Below are positions 11,379-20,481 of a DNA stretch of 64,000 nt, piece after piece (positions within the stretch are counted from its first letter, which is position 1; every line of letters begins with the position of its first letter). The position numbers and the translations under genes are program-made. The notes beneath the pieces are model-generated. The model was not told the DNA's origin. It worked only from the letters and a program-made list of their open reading frames with translations, and did not search any database. Location of the stretch: assembly GCA_040218735.1 (NCBI GenBank), contig JAVJQW010000012.1, positions 32,001 to 96,000 of the forward strand. Reading direction: 5' to 3'. This DNA comes from Deltaproteobacteria bacterium (GTDB lineage: Bacteria; Myxococcota; Kuafuiibacteriia; Kuafuiibacteriales; Kuafuiibacteriaceae).

Positions 11379-13601
11379 ATGAAGATCGCGAGCATCGGCG
11401 GGGGTCCCGCGGGCCTTTACTTCTCGATCCTGATGAAGCGGCGTGATCCGTCCCACGAGGTCGTCGTCTTCGAGCGCAACCGCCGCGACGACACCTTCGG
11501 CTTCGGCGTCGTCTTCTCCGACGCGACGATGGGCAACCTCGAAGCCGCCGACCCCGAGTCCTACCGCGCGATCACCGACAGCTTCGAGCACTGGGACGAC
11601 ATCGACGTGCACATCGGCGGCGAGGTCTTCACCTCGACCGGGCACGGCTTCGCGGGGTGCTCGCGGCAGCGGCTCCTCGACATCCTCGCCGACCGGGCGA
11701 TCGAGCTCGGCGTCGACGTGCGCTTCGAGACCGACGTCACCGACTTCGACGCCTTCGGCGACTACGACCTCGTGCTCGCCGCCGACGGCGTGAACAGCGC
11801 GATACGCGATCACCACGCCGAGACGTTCGGCCCGCACGTGGACTGGCGCCCGAACCGCTTCGTCTGGCTCGGCACCACGTTCCCCTTCGACGCGTTCACC
11901 TTCTACTTCGAGGAGAACGAACACGGCCTCTTCCGCGTGCACGCGTACCGGTACGAGGAGGAGCGTTCGACGTTCATCGTCGAGTGCACCGAGGAGACCT
12001 GGAAGAAGGCCGGCCTCGACGCGATGTCCGAGGAGGACACGGCGGCGTACGTCGCGCAGGTGTTCGAGCGCCAGCTCGACGGGCACCCGCTGCTCCTGAA
12101 CCGCTCGATCTGGCGCTCGTTCCCGACCGTCTCCAATGACAAGTGGTACGCCGGCAACGTCGTGCTCATGGGCGACGCCGCGCACACCGCGCACTTTTCG
12201 ATCGGCTCCGGCACCAAGCTCGCGATGGAGGACGCCATCGCGCTCGCGGAGCAGCTCGATCGCCACCCCGCGGTGCCCGACGCCCTCGCCGCCTACGAGT
12301 CGGAGCGACGCGCGGGTGTGGAGAGCACGCAGCGCGCCGCGCAGGTCAGCCTGGAGTGGTTCGAGAACACCGAGCGGTACATGGATCTCGATCCGCTTCA
12401 GTTCACGTTCAGCCTCCTCACCCGCAGCATGCGCGTCACCCACGACAACCTGCGGGTGCGCGACGCCACGTTCGTGGATCGGGTCGACGCGTGGTTCGCG
12501 GCGTCGGCGGGCGTCGAGACGCGCCCCCCGATGTTCACGCCGTACCGGCTTCGGGATCTTCAGCTCGACAACCGCGTGGTCGTGTCGCCGATGTGTATGT
12601 ACTCGGCCGAGGACGGCACGGTCGACGACTGGCACCTCGTGCACCTCGGCAGCCGCGCGATGGGCGGCGCGGCGCTGGTGATCACCGAGATGACGGACGT
12701 CGCCGCGGACGGGCGCATCACCCCCGGGTGCGCGGGGATGTACCGTGAAGAGCACGTCGGTGCGTGGCGGCGCATCACGGACTTCGTGCACCGCACGCCC
12801 GCGAAGATCGGCATCCAGCTCGCGCACGCGGGCCGCAAGGGATCGACCAAGGTGATGTGGGAGGGGATCGACCAGCCCCTCGACGACGGCAACTGGCCGC
12901 TCCTCGCCGCGTCCGCCCTCCCCTGGGCGCCCGGCTCACAGACGCCGAAGGCGATGGACCGCACGGACATGGATCGCGTGAAAGCCGACTTCGTGCGCAG
13001 CACCGAGATGGCGGCCGAGGCGGGCTTCGATCTCATCGAGTTGCACGGCGCGCACGGGTACCTGCTCGCGACGTTCCTCTCCCCGCTGACCAACCAGCGC
13101 GAAGACGAGTACGGCGGATCGCTCGAGAACCGACTGCGCTACCCGCTGGAGATCCTCACCGCGATCCGCGTGGTGTGGCCCGACGACAAACCCATCTCCG
13201 TGCGCATCTCCGCCACGGACTGGACGCCCGGCGGGACGACCGCGGAGGACGCGGTGCAGATGGCGCGGGCGCTGGTGGCCGCGGGCGCGGACATCATCGA
13301 CGTGTCGACCGGACAGACCGTGCGCGGTGCGCGCCCGAGCTACGGGCGGCTCTACCAGACCCCCTTCGCGGAGCGGATCCGGTTGGAAACGGGCATCCCG
13401 GTCATGACGGTCGGGGGGATTTCGAGTTACGCCGACGTGAACAGCATCCTCGCGGCGGGGCGCGCGGATCTCTGTGTACTCGCGCGCGCGCATCTGTACG
13501 ATCCCTACTGGACACGGCACGCCGCGAACGAGCAGGGTTACGACCTCCCGTGGCCCGATCAGTATTCGCCGATGGCTCGGTACAACTTTCGTTTCAAATG
13601 A
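11379..13601 (+). CDS. Bifunctional salicylyl-CoA/2-aminobenzoyl-CoA hydroxylase-oxidoreductase (AbmA-like)
   Basis: GGGPAG FAD site, [32 protein letters not shown]; C-terminal old-yellow-enzyme domain ([26 protein letters not shown]). Confidence 0.92.
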   Translation: MKIASIGGGPAGLYFSILMKRRDPSHEVVVFERNRRDDTFGFGVVFSDATMGNLEAADPESYRAITDSFEHWDDIDVHIGGEVFTSTGHGFAGCSRQRLLDILADRAIELGVDVRFETDVTDFDAFGDYDLVLAADGVNSAIRDHHAETFGPHVDWRPNRFVWLGTTFPFDAFTFYFEENEHGLFRVHAYRYEEERSTFIVECTEETWKKAGLDAMSEEDTAAYVAQVFERQLDGHPLLLNRSIWRSFPTVSNDKWYAGNVVLMGDAAHTAHFSIGSGTKLAMEDAIALAEQLDRHPAVPDALAAYESERRAGVESTQRAAQVSLEWFENTERYMDLDPLQFTFSLLTRSMRVTHDNLRVRDATFVDRVDAWFAASAGVETRPPMFTPYRLRDLQLDNRVVVSPMCMYSAEDGTVDDWHLVHLGSRAMGGAALVITEMTDVAADGRITPGCAGMYREEHVGAWRRITDFVHRTPAKIGIQLAHAGRKGSTKVMWEGIDQPLDDGNWPLLAASALPWAPGSQTPKAMDRTDMDRVKADFVRSTEMAAEAGFDLIELHGAHGYLLATFLSPLTNQREDEYGGSLENRLRYPLEILTAIRVVWPDDKPISVRISATDWTPGGTTAEDAVQMARALVAAGADIIDVSTGQTVRGARPSYGRLYQTPFAERIRLETGIPVMTVGGISSYADVNSILAAGRADLCVLARAHLYDPYWTRHAANEQGYDLPWPDQYSPMARYNFRFK

Positions 13602-14392
13602 ATCCACTGAAGGTACTCATCGTCGCGTCCCTCGTCGGCGCCTGCGCGTCGTCCACGAGCACCGCGCCCGTGGACAGCGAAGGCGCGAGCTCGCAGCCGT
13701 TCTCGATCCCAAAGTCCCCCGCGTACGACCTCGCGCGGCGCGTGGCGTGGACCGCGGGCTTCGACCAGTCTCCGAAGGTGAAGCAGCTCGACTTCACGTT
13801 CGTCGTGGAGCGCGAGGGCAAGAAGGTCTTCGCCGCCCAGCACAAGTGGGACCGCGTCGCGAACCGCGCGCGCATCACGTGGACCGACAAGGAGGGCTCG
13901 GTGAACGACGCCGTGCTGGACGTCGGCTCGCGCACCGCGAAGGGCACCGTGAACGGCGAGAAGGTCGTCGGGGACCGCGAGCGGAAGCTCGCCGAGGACG
14001 CCTACGGGCGCTGGATCAACGACACCTACTGGTTCCTGCTCCCCATCAAGCTGTTCGACCGCGGTAGCCACCTCCAAATGGCCGAGTCGCGCGACCACGA
14101 CGGCAAGCCTCACCCCGTCCTGCACATCCGCTACGACGGCGGGACGGGCCTGACGTCCGGTGACGAGTACTGGCTCTTCGTCGACCCCGACGCGTTCCGC
14201 ATCGTACGCTGGGAGATGAAGCTCGAAGGCCGGGAGGGCCCGCCGCGTGGCGTGTCTTGGGAGTCGTACCGTCCGGTGGGGCCGCTGCTGCTCGCGCACG
14301 ACCACCGAAGCGACGACGGCACCACCAACGTGAAGATCGAGGACAGCGCTGCGCACCGCGAGGTGAAGGCGGCCGACTTCGTCCTCGAGTAG
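13598..14392 (+). CDS. Lipoprotein, possibly DUF6503/LolA-like fold
   Basis: ATGA overlap; lipobox LVGAC; [16 protein letters not shown] motif. Confidence 0.65.
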   Translation: MNPLKVLIVASLVGACASSTSTAPVDSEGASSQPFSIPKSPAYDLARRVAWTAGFDQSPKVKQLDFTFVVEREGKKVFAAQHKWDRVANRARITWTDKEGSVNDAVLDVGSRTAKGTVNGEKVVGDRERKLAEDAYGRWINDTYWFLLPIKLFDRGSHLQMAESRDHDGKPHPVLHIRYDGGTGLTSGDEYWLFVDPDAFRIVRWEMKLEGREGPPRGVSWESYRPVGPLLLAHDHRSDDGTTNVKIEDSAAHREVKAADFVLE

Positions 14393-14404
14393 GGCCCATC
14401 GACC

Positions 14405-15241
14405 ATGAAGACAGTCAGCACCAACCGCATCTTCGGCGGCACGCAGGGCGTGTACGAGCACGAGTCCACGTCGACGAACACCCCCATGCGCTTCTCGGTC
14501 TACGTGCCGGACGCGGCGCGGGATCATCGGCTACCGGTCGTAATGTTCCTCTCCGGGCTCACGTGCACCGAGCAGAACTTCACGACGAAGGCGGGCGCGC
14601 AACGTGCCGCGTCGAAGCACGGCCTCATCCTCGTCGCGCCGGACACGAGCCCGCGCGGCGAAGGCGTCGCGGACGACGACGCCTACGACCTCGGTCAGGG
14701 CGCCGGCTTCTACGTGAACGCGACCGAGGCGCCGTGGGCGACGCACTATTCGATGTACGACTACGTGACTTCGGAGCTGATCGACCTCGTGCGCGATCAC
14801 TTCGCGGCGGACGTGGATCGACTCGGGGTCACGGGTCACTCGATGGGCGGTCACGGTGCGCTGATCGTCGCGCTGAAGAACCCGGATCGCTTCAAGTCGG
14901 TCTCCGCGTTTGCGCCGATCTGTCACCCGACGGCGGTGCCGTGGGGGAAGAAGGCCTTCTCGGCGTACCTCGGCGCGGACACGTCCAAGTGGGGCGCGTA
15001 CGACGCGTGCGCGCTGATCGAGGGGGGCGCGAAGACGTCGAAGATCCTCGTGGACCAGGGCGAGGCCGACAACTTCCTCGAGGCCGGTCAGCTCCAGCCG
15101 CAGGACCTCGAGGCCGCGTGTGCGGCGGCCGGCCAGCCGCTCGAGCTGCGCCGCCAGGCCGGGTACGACCACAGCTACTACTTCATCGCGTCGTTCGTGG
15201 ACGACCACCTCGCGCACCACGCCGCCATTCTCGGCGCGTGA
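14405..15241 (+). CDS. fghA: S-formylglutathione hydrolase
   Basis: LSGLTCTEQNF, PDTSPRG, GAGFYVNAT, GHSMGGHGA, GYDHSYYFI. Confidence 0.95.
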   Translation: MKTVSTNRIFGGTQGVYEHESTSTNTPMRFSVYVPDAARDHRLPVVMFLSGLTCTEQNFTTKAGAQRAASKHGLILVAPDTSPRGEGVADDDAYDLGQGAGFYVNATEAPWATHYSMYDYVTSELIDLVRDHFAADVDRLGVTGHSMGGHGALIVALKNPDRFKSVSAFAPICHPTAVPWGKKAFSAYLGADTSKWGAYDACALIEGGAKTSKILVDQGEADNFLEAGQLQPQDLEAACAAAGQPLELRRQAGYDHSYYFIASFVDDHLAHHAAILGA

Positions 15242-15279
15242 CTTTCGCCTGGGCTCGGCCTCGCATAGCATCCGGCGCG

Positions 15280-16542
15280 ATGCGGCGGCTCGCATGGACG
15301 GTGCTCGCGTTTGCGTTCGCGACGACGCCGGCGCACGCGCAGGAGGTCTTGCCCTCGAAGATCGCCCTGGCGAGTGATCAGCCGCTGGCCTTCATCCTGT
15401 TCAACCCGAGCGGTGAGGCGGGCCGCGTCCGTAGCTCGGAGATCATCCGTATCGTCTCGGAGCTGGTCGAGGCGCACACGGACTTCACGGTGCGGGTGTT
15501 CGACGCCGACGAAGCGCGCGGTTGCTCGGGCCGGCTCGGGTGCATCGTGCGCACGGTGCGTCGCGACTACGAGCGCGACGACTACGTTCTGCCGAACGGG
15601 ACGGTCCGGCCCTTCGCCGAACACGTCGCGAAGCTCGACCGCGAGAAGGTGGCGGCCCCGCCCTACCTCATCGTCATGTCGAACATCACGGGCGGTGACA
15701 GCGACCGCATGACGATCACCGCGGTCGACACCAACGTCACGCTGACGCTGTACCACGAGGCGCTCCGCGACGATCCGAACTGGCAGCGGAACGTCGAGAA
15801 CGAAGTCCTCGCGCGGGCCGTCCTCGCGCGGCCGAAGCGCGGCACGGTGCGCGAGGAGTTCGAGGCGCGCCGCCTGTTCGAGGAGTACTTCAACAACGAC
15901 CTGCGGCGCCGCTTCGACGAGGCCGGGCACTGGGAGCCCTTCGGCCAGATCGAGATCGACGTCCCCGAGACCGGGATAGCGATCGACGTGGACGGCGTGA
16001 CGGTCGGAGCGACGCAAGCTGGGTTGACGACCCTCACGAACGTGGTCGCGGGCGAGCACACGATCAAGCTGACCCACCCCGGGTACGAGCCGTTCACGAC
16101 GAAGGTCGTGGCCAAGCGTCGCGACATCGTCCGGCTGAAGCCGCAGCTCTCGGCCGTGGCCTCGGGTGCGGCGCCCGCGTTGCGACAAGCGACGCTGTGG
16201 GGCGGGCTCGGCGTGGCGGCGATCGGCGCGGCGATCACGGTAGTCGCGATCGCCGGTCAGAACGACGACGTCATGACGCTCTGCTTCGACGGTGAGGACT
16301 GCGGCGGGAGCGACTTCACCACGTTCGGCTTCGACGGCGGCGCGACGCCCGCGCTCGACGGCTCGGTGAACCCACCCGGCATCTTGGTCGCGCCGCTCGG
16401 GTACAGCCTCGCGCTGACGGGTGCGACGTGGTCGTTGACGACGCTCTTGTTCGGCGAAGACGGCGACTACCCGTGGTTGCAGATCGCAGCGGGACTCGTG
16501 GTGGGCGGCGCGGCGTACGGCTTGTCGGCCGCGCTGGACTGA
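15280..16542 (+). CDS. PEGA-domain exported protein
   Basis: Signal ending AHA-Q; IDVDGVTVGAT...GEHTIKLTHPGYEPF; hydrophobic C-terminus. Confidence 0.75.
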   Translation: MRRLAWTVLAFAFATTPAHAQEVLPSKIALASDQPLAFILFNPSGEAGRVRSSEIIRIVSELVEAHTDFTVRVFDADEARGCSGRLGCIVRTVRRDYERDDYVLPNGTVRPFAEHVAKLDREKVAAPPYLIVMSNITGGDSDRMTITAVDTNVTLTLYHEALRDDPNWQRNVENEVLARAVLARPKRGTVREEFEARRLFEEYFNNDLRRRFDEAGHWEPFGQIEIDVPETGIAIDVDGVTVGATQAGLTTLTNVVAGEHTIKLTHPGYEPFTTKVVAKRRDIVRLKPQLSAVASGAAPALRQATLWGGLGVAAIGAAITVVAIAGQNDDVMTLCFDGEDCGGSDFTTFGFDGGATPALDGSVNPPGILVAPLGYSLALTGATWSLTTLLFGEDGDYPWLQIAAGLVVGGAAYGLSAALD

Positions 16543-17252
16543 TGCGCTTCCCGCTGTTCGCCGACGCCAGCGAGGCGTCGATGGCCGGGCTGAGGGCGGG
16601 CGCTTCGACGCACCGATTCTCTGCGGGTGCGCGCGTCATCGCCGAAGGTGACGAGAGCGACGCGGTGTACCTGCTCGAGTCCGGGCGGGTCGGGGTCTTC
16701 TACAGCAGCGAGCGCGGCGTCGACGTGTTGGTGAAGGTGTTCTCGGCGCCCGCGGTGTTCGGCGAGATGGAGATCTTCTTCGACCTCCCCCGCCTGGAGT
16801 ACGTGGAGGCGTTCGACGACGTGACCGTCACGCGCATCGCGAAGGCGACCTTCTTGGCGTTCCTCGAAGCCGAGCACGCGGTGTGCCTCGCCCTCCTGAA
16901 GGACGTCGCCGCGCGCCTGTGTATCTCGGCGTACAACGAGCGCGCCTTGGTGTTCCTCGCGGTGGAGCAGCGCCTCGCCGCGCTGATGCTGACGTTCGCG
17001 GACGCGTACGGCGTCGCCGATGGGGATGGCGTGGTGCTCGACACCAAGCTGACCTACGAGCGGCTCGCGCAGTGCCTGGGCGTCGCCGAGAAGTCCGTGG
17101 AGCGGACGATCGGGAAGTGGATCGACGAGGGCTGGCTGACGCGCGAGAAGAAGCGCTACCGCATCGCGCAGCTGTCACAGCTCGAGGCGAGAACCGACCC
17201 GGAGCGCTTGTCGCTGCACGCCCGGCTGGGGAAGGGCCCCGCCTCGCGTTGA
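16542..17252 (+). CDS. Crp/Fnr family transcriptional regulator
   Basis: cNMP-like VIAEGD..VYLLESGRV..FGEM; HTH LTYERLAQCLGVAEKSVERTI. Confidence 0.92.
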   Translation: MRFPLFADASEASMAGLRAGASTHRFSAGARVIAEGDESDAVYLLESGRVGVFYSSERGVDVLVKVFSAPAVFGEMEIFFDLPRLEYVEAFDDVTVTRIAKATFLAFLEAEHAVCLALLKDVAARLCISAYNERALVFLAVEQRLAALMLTFADAYGVADGDGVVLDTKLTYERLAQCLGVAEKSVERTIGKWIDEGWLTREKKRYRIAQLSQLEARTDPERLSLHARLGKGPASR

Positions 17253-17341
17253 TGGTCCACGCCGGAGCCCGGGCGCCGCCTCGGCTTCGTCATGGGCTTC
17301 GCGACACCTGGCTCACATCCGTCATTCGTCCTTCGTGCAGG

Positions 17342-17355
17342 ACGACATATGTCGT
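17342..17355. promoter_or_regulatory. Perfect 14-bp palindrome ACGACATATGTCGT; candidate Crp/Fnr-family site
   Basis: Between Crp gene and next lipoprotein; same core recurs at 20415-20426. Confidence 0.6.
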
Positions 17356-17426
17356 GTCGCGCTCGCGTGCCTCTGGCGTCCCATCCCACCGTCGCAATCA
17401 CGCGACGGAAGGGATCACGAACACAA

Positions 17427-18509
17427 ATGTCCAAGTCACGCTCAGTAGCCTCCATGACCCTCGCCCTCGCCCTCACCGCCTGCGGCGGGGGCTCCGACGG
17501 CCCGACCCAACGCGACCCGATCATCCCCTGCGGCGCCGATAGCTGCGGCAAGGAGTCGTTCCGTCGCGCCGTGCCCAGCGCGTCCACGCTGAAGATCGAA
17601 TTCCAGGGCACCTCGGGCTCCGGCCTGAAGGCCCGCTCGAGCCGCGCGCTCGAAGCCGTCTCGCCCGCCTACCTCTCCACGGCCGCCTACGTGGACGCGA
17701 TCAACGCGGACATCACGGCCATCTTCGACGACCTCGAAGCGATCGCCGGCACCGCGCCCGAGGTCGAGGACGACGCGATGCACGAGTGGCGCGAGGAGGA
17801 AGGCGCGCTCGAAGAGGTCCTCCACATCGACTCCGACGACGGCAGCACGTTCTCGCTGATGTACGGCGTCGGCGAGCCGGGCTTCGAGCTGTCCGCGGAC
17901 GCCGCCCTCCTCACCGCCCAGGTGCAGCTCGACGCGGACGGCGAGAAGGCGAGCTTCACGATCGACATCGACCTCGACGCGTGGACGGCCGCCGTCCCCG
18001 AGGCCGACGCCGAGGGCCGGATCCACATCCGCGCGATGCCGCTCGCGGGCGGTGAGCTCGAGGTTTGGTACGACTTCCAGGACGTCGCGGTCGGCGGTGA
18101 CGCGCCCGCGAGCTCGCAGACGACCTACTGGATCTTCGAGGGTGCGTCCGGCGCGCTCGAGTTCTTGGCGGCGGACGACGACGGCTCCGCCACGGCGTTC
18201 GTGCGATGGGCCGAGGACGGCGGGCGCTACGATCACCACGTCGCGTTCGACGATCCCGAGTTCGGCACGGTCGACGAGATCGTGACCAACTGCTGGGACG
18301 ACAGCGCCGCCGAGACCTTCGACGCCTCCGCGGTGCTCGACGACCAGGGCGCCTTCGAGGCCGACCTCGACGGCGAAGAGGAAAGCTGCCTCTTCGGACC
18401 GGTCGCGGACCACCCGAACCCGGGCAGCGACTTCGAGGACCTCCCCGGCGAAGGGGAGTGGCAAGCGCTCGAGGACGAAGCGTGCGCCGCCGACCCGGAT
18501 CAGTGCTGA
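17427..18509 (+). CDS. Highly acidic lipoprotein, unknown function
   Basis: Lipobox LTAC; strong GC3 bias. Confidence 0.75.
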   Translation: MSKSRSVASMTLALALTACGGGSDGPTQRDPIIPCGADSCGKESFRRAVPSASTLKIEFQGTSGSGLKARSSRALEAVSPAYLSTAAYVDAINADITAIFDDLEAIAGTAPEVEDDAMHEWREEEGALEEVLHIDSDDGSTFSLMYGVGEPGFELSADAALLTAQVQLDADGEKASFTIDIDLDAWTAAVPEADAEGRIHIRAMPLAGGELEVWYDFQDVAVGGDAPASSQTTYWIFEGASGALEFLAADDDGSATAFVRWAEDGGRYDHHVAFDDPEFGTVDEIVTNCWDDSAAETFDASAVLDDQGAFEADLDGEEESCLFGPVADHPNPGSDFEDLPGEGEWQALEDEACAADPDQC

Positions 18510-18510
18510 G

Positions 18511-19248
18511 TCAGGTCGAAGACTGAGGGCAGTCGTGCGCGCCCTTGGGCGTCTCGTTGTGGTTGTACGTCCGCGCGGTCTTCTCGAACGGGTTGCCGCA
18601 GCCTCCGGACGTCATCGACATCGCGGCGCCCTGGGCGTGGCCCCACGACATGCCGACGATCAGATAGGTCAGGTAGAAGCCGATCTCGTGAAAGGCCATG
18701 ACCTGCCGGCTGTGGAACGCCTCGTGCTGCGCGAGGTCGTCCTTGGCGCGGCCGCTCTCCTCGAAGCAGCCGCCCTTCGCCCACACCACGCCGCCGAGCG
18801 TGATCGCCGCCTGGCTCTTGCTCCCGATGTTCAGGAGCACCACGCCGCGCCGGAACGACACGTCGTTTGCGATGGCCACGACGATCGACGCGAGCATGCC
18901 GATCGTCGTGGTCAGCGGTGACTGCGTCCACTTCAGGAGAAGCGAGAACACCGAGGCCGCGTAGTGATCCGCGAGGTCCAACACCCGCGTGAGGAGCGCC
19001 CCGACGATCGACAAACCTGCGTACACGCCGAGCCCGTACACCACGATCTCGGGCGTCTTCTCGGACACCGCGATCCCGTACAGGATCCCCGTCACCGCCA
19101 TCGCCCCGACCTCCGCGGCGATCAAGTTGCAGAGCCACTCGTCCCAGGTCTTCGACTGGTTTGCGCCCGAGAACGCGAGCGACGCCATCAACCCGACGAG
19201 CGCCGCCCACAGGAACGTGTACTCGTAGATGAGCTGGATCTTCGTCAT
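18511..19248 (-). CDS. Membrane protein with HExxH motif (possible zinc peptidase)
   Basis: Several TMs then AITLGGVVW...QHEAFHSRQ...NPFEKTA; coupled to upstream gene. Confidence 0.65.
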   Translation of the reverse strand: MTKIQLIYEYTFLWAALVGLMASLAFSGANQSKTWDEWLCNLIAAEVGAMAVTGILYGIAVSEKTPEIVVYGLGVYAGLSIVGALLTRVLDLADHYAASVFSLLLKWTQSPLTTTIGMLASIVVAIANDVSFRRGVVLLNIGSKSQAAITLGGVVWAKGGCFEESGRAKDDLAQHEAFHSRQVMAFHEIGFYLTYLIVGMSWGHAQGAAMSMTSGGCGNPFEKTARTYNHNETPKGAHDCPQSST

Positions 19249-20372
19249 CAGTCGAGCCCCGACACCTCGAGGCTGTACGGCTCGGTGCAGCTATAGCCGC
19301 TGAACCGGCGCACCTCGATGAAGTACGTGCCGCTGTCGTCGCCGCCGAACCCTTCGCCCCACTCGATGTACTCGTCGTCGTTGTCGGCGTTGTCACTCGC
19401 GCCGATCGGGTCGAGCGCCTCACAGCGGCTCTGCGACGGGTACAGGTAGATGTCGTAGTCGGCGCCCGCGGGGACGTTCGTCAGCGTCACGTAGATCCAC
19501 TCGCGGTAGCTGTTCGAGTCGTCGGCGAGGAACTTGTAGCAGTCGACGTCGTCGTCGACGCTGTCGAAGCTCCCCGTCAACACGAGGTCCGGATCGGGCG
19601 TCGCCTGGATGAGCTTGCAGTCGGCGCAGGTGTCGTTCGGCTCGAAGGCGTCGGGCATCCGAAGGTCCGAGCCGTCGCAGTCCTGGTCGATCCCGTCGCC
19701 GCAGATCTCCGCGGAGCCGTCGCCGCCGACACACATCGCCCACGTGCCGCCCGCCTGACAGGTCTCAGTGCCCGCGCCGCACATGCCCATGCAAGCGCGC
19801 GTCGCGCCGACGCAGTCCGGGTCCATGCAGTCGACGAGCGCGTCGCAGTCGTCGTCGACGCCGTTGTCACACGACGCTTCGCGGTTGCCGCTCATGCACT
19901 GACACGACCCCATGCTGCAGAACTGATCCGCGCCGCAGACCTCGCCGCACTTGCCGCAGTGGTTTCGATTCGACACGACGTCGACGCAACTTCCGTTGCA
20001 GTCGAGGAGGTCCGGCGGGCAGACACACGCGCCGCCGACGCAGTCGCGATCCTGGGGGCACGCACGATCACAGCGGCCGCAGTGCGTGCGATCCGTCTGA
20101 AGATCCGTGCACGCCGATCCGCACGCCGTGAGGCTCGGGTTGCAGATGGCGACGCACTGCCCGTCGTCGCAGAACGACGAAGCGGGGCACGGCAGATCAC
20201 ACCCGCCGCAGTGGCTCGGGTTGTTCGAGGTGAGGACACACGCCCCGCCGCACAGGACGAAGGGCGCCTCGCACGAGCTCGGCGGACCACCGTCGCGGCG
20301 CTCCCCTCCGCCGTCATCGCCGCCCGAACACGCGACGATCAGGCACAACCCGGCGAGCCATGCGGTCTTCAC
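19248..20372 (-). CDS. Cys-rich lipoprotein with DDDC Ca/metal-binding repeats and C-terminal PPC-like domain
   Basis: Lipobox IVAC; NPSHCGGC/RTHCGRC/RNHCGKC repeats; CDNGVDDDCD, EICGDGIDQDCDG; DAFEPND; DYDIYLY, GTYFIEV. Confidence 0.8.
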   Translation of the reverse strand: MKTAWLAGLCLIVACSGGDDGGGERRDGGPPSSCEAPFVLCGGACVLTSNNPSHCGGCDLPCPASSFCDDGQCVAICNPSLTACGSACTDLQTDRTHCGRCDRACPQDRDCVGGACVCPPDLLDCNGSCVDVVSNRNHCGKCGEVCGADQFCSMGSCQCMSGNREASCDNGVDDDCDALVDCMDPDCVGATRACMGMCGAGTETCQAGGTWAMCVGGDGSAEICGDGIDQDCDGSDLRMPDAFEPNDTCADCKLIQATPDPDLVLTGSFDSVDDDVDCYKFLADDSNSYREWIYVTLTNVPAGADYDIYLYPSQSRCEALDPIGASDNADNDDEYIEWGEGFGGDDSGTYFIEVRRFSGYSCTEPYSLEVSGLD

Positions 20373-20414
20373 CCCCTGAAAATACCCAAAATTCGGCCGC
20401 GGGGAGTCCACATA

Positions 20415-20426
20415 CGACAGATGTCG
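20415..20426. promoter_or_regulatory. Palindrome CGACA-GA-TGTCG in divergent promoter
   Basis: Matches core of the 17342 palindrome; lies in AT-richer divergent intergenic region 20373-20481. Confidence 0.55.
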
Positions 20427-20481
20427 GATTAGGGGGGATGTTTCCGCATATGTACAGTTCTCCGTGGAGGGACTCCGAACG

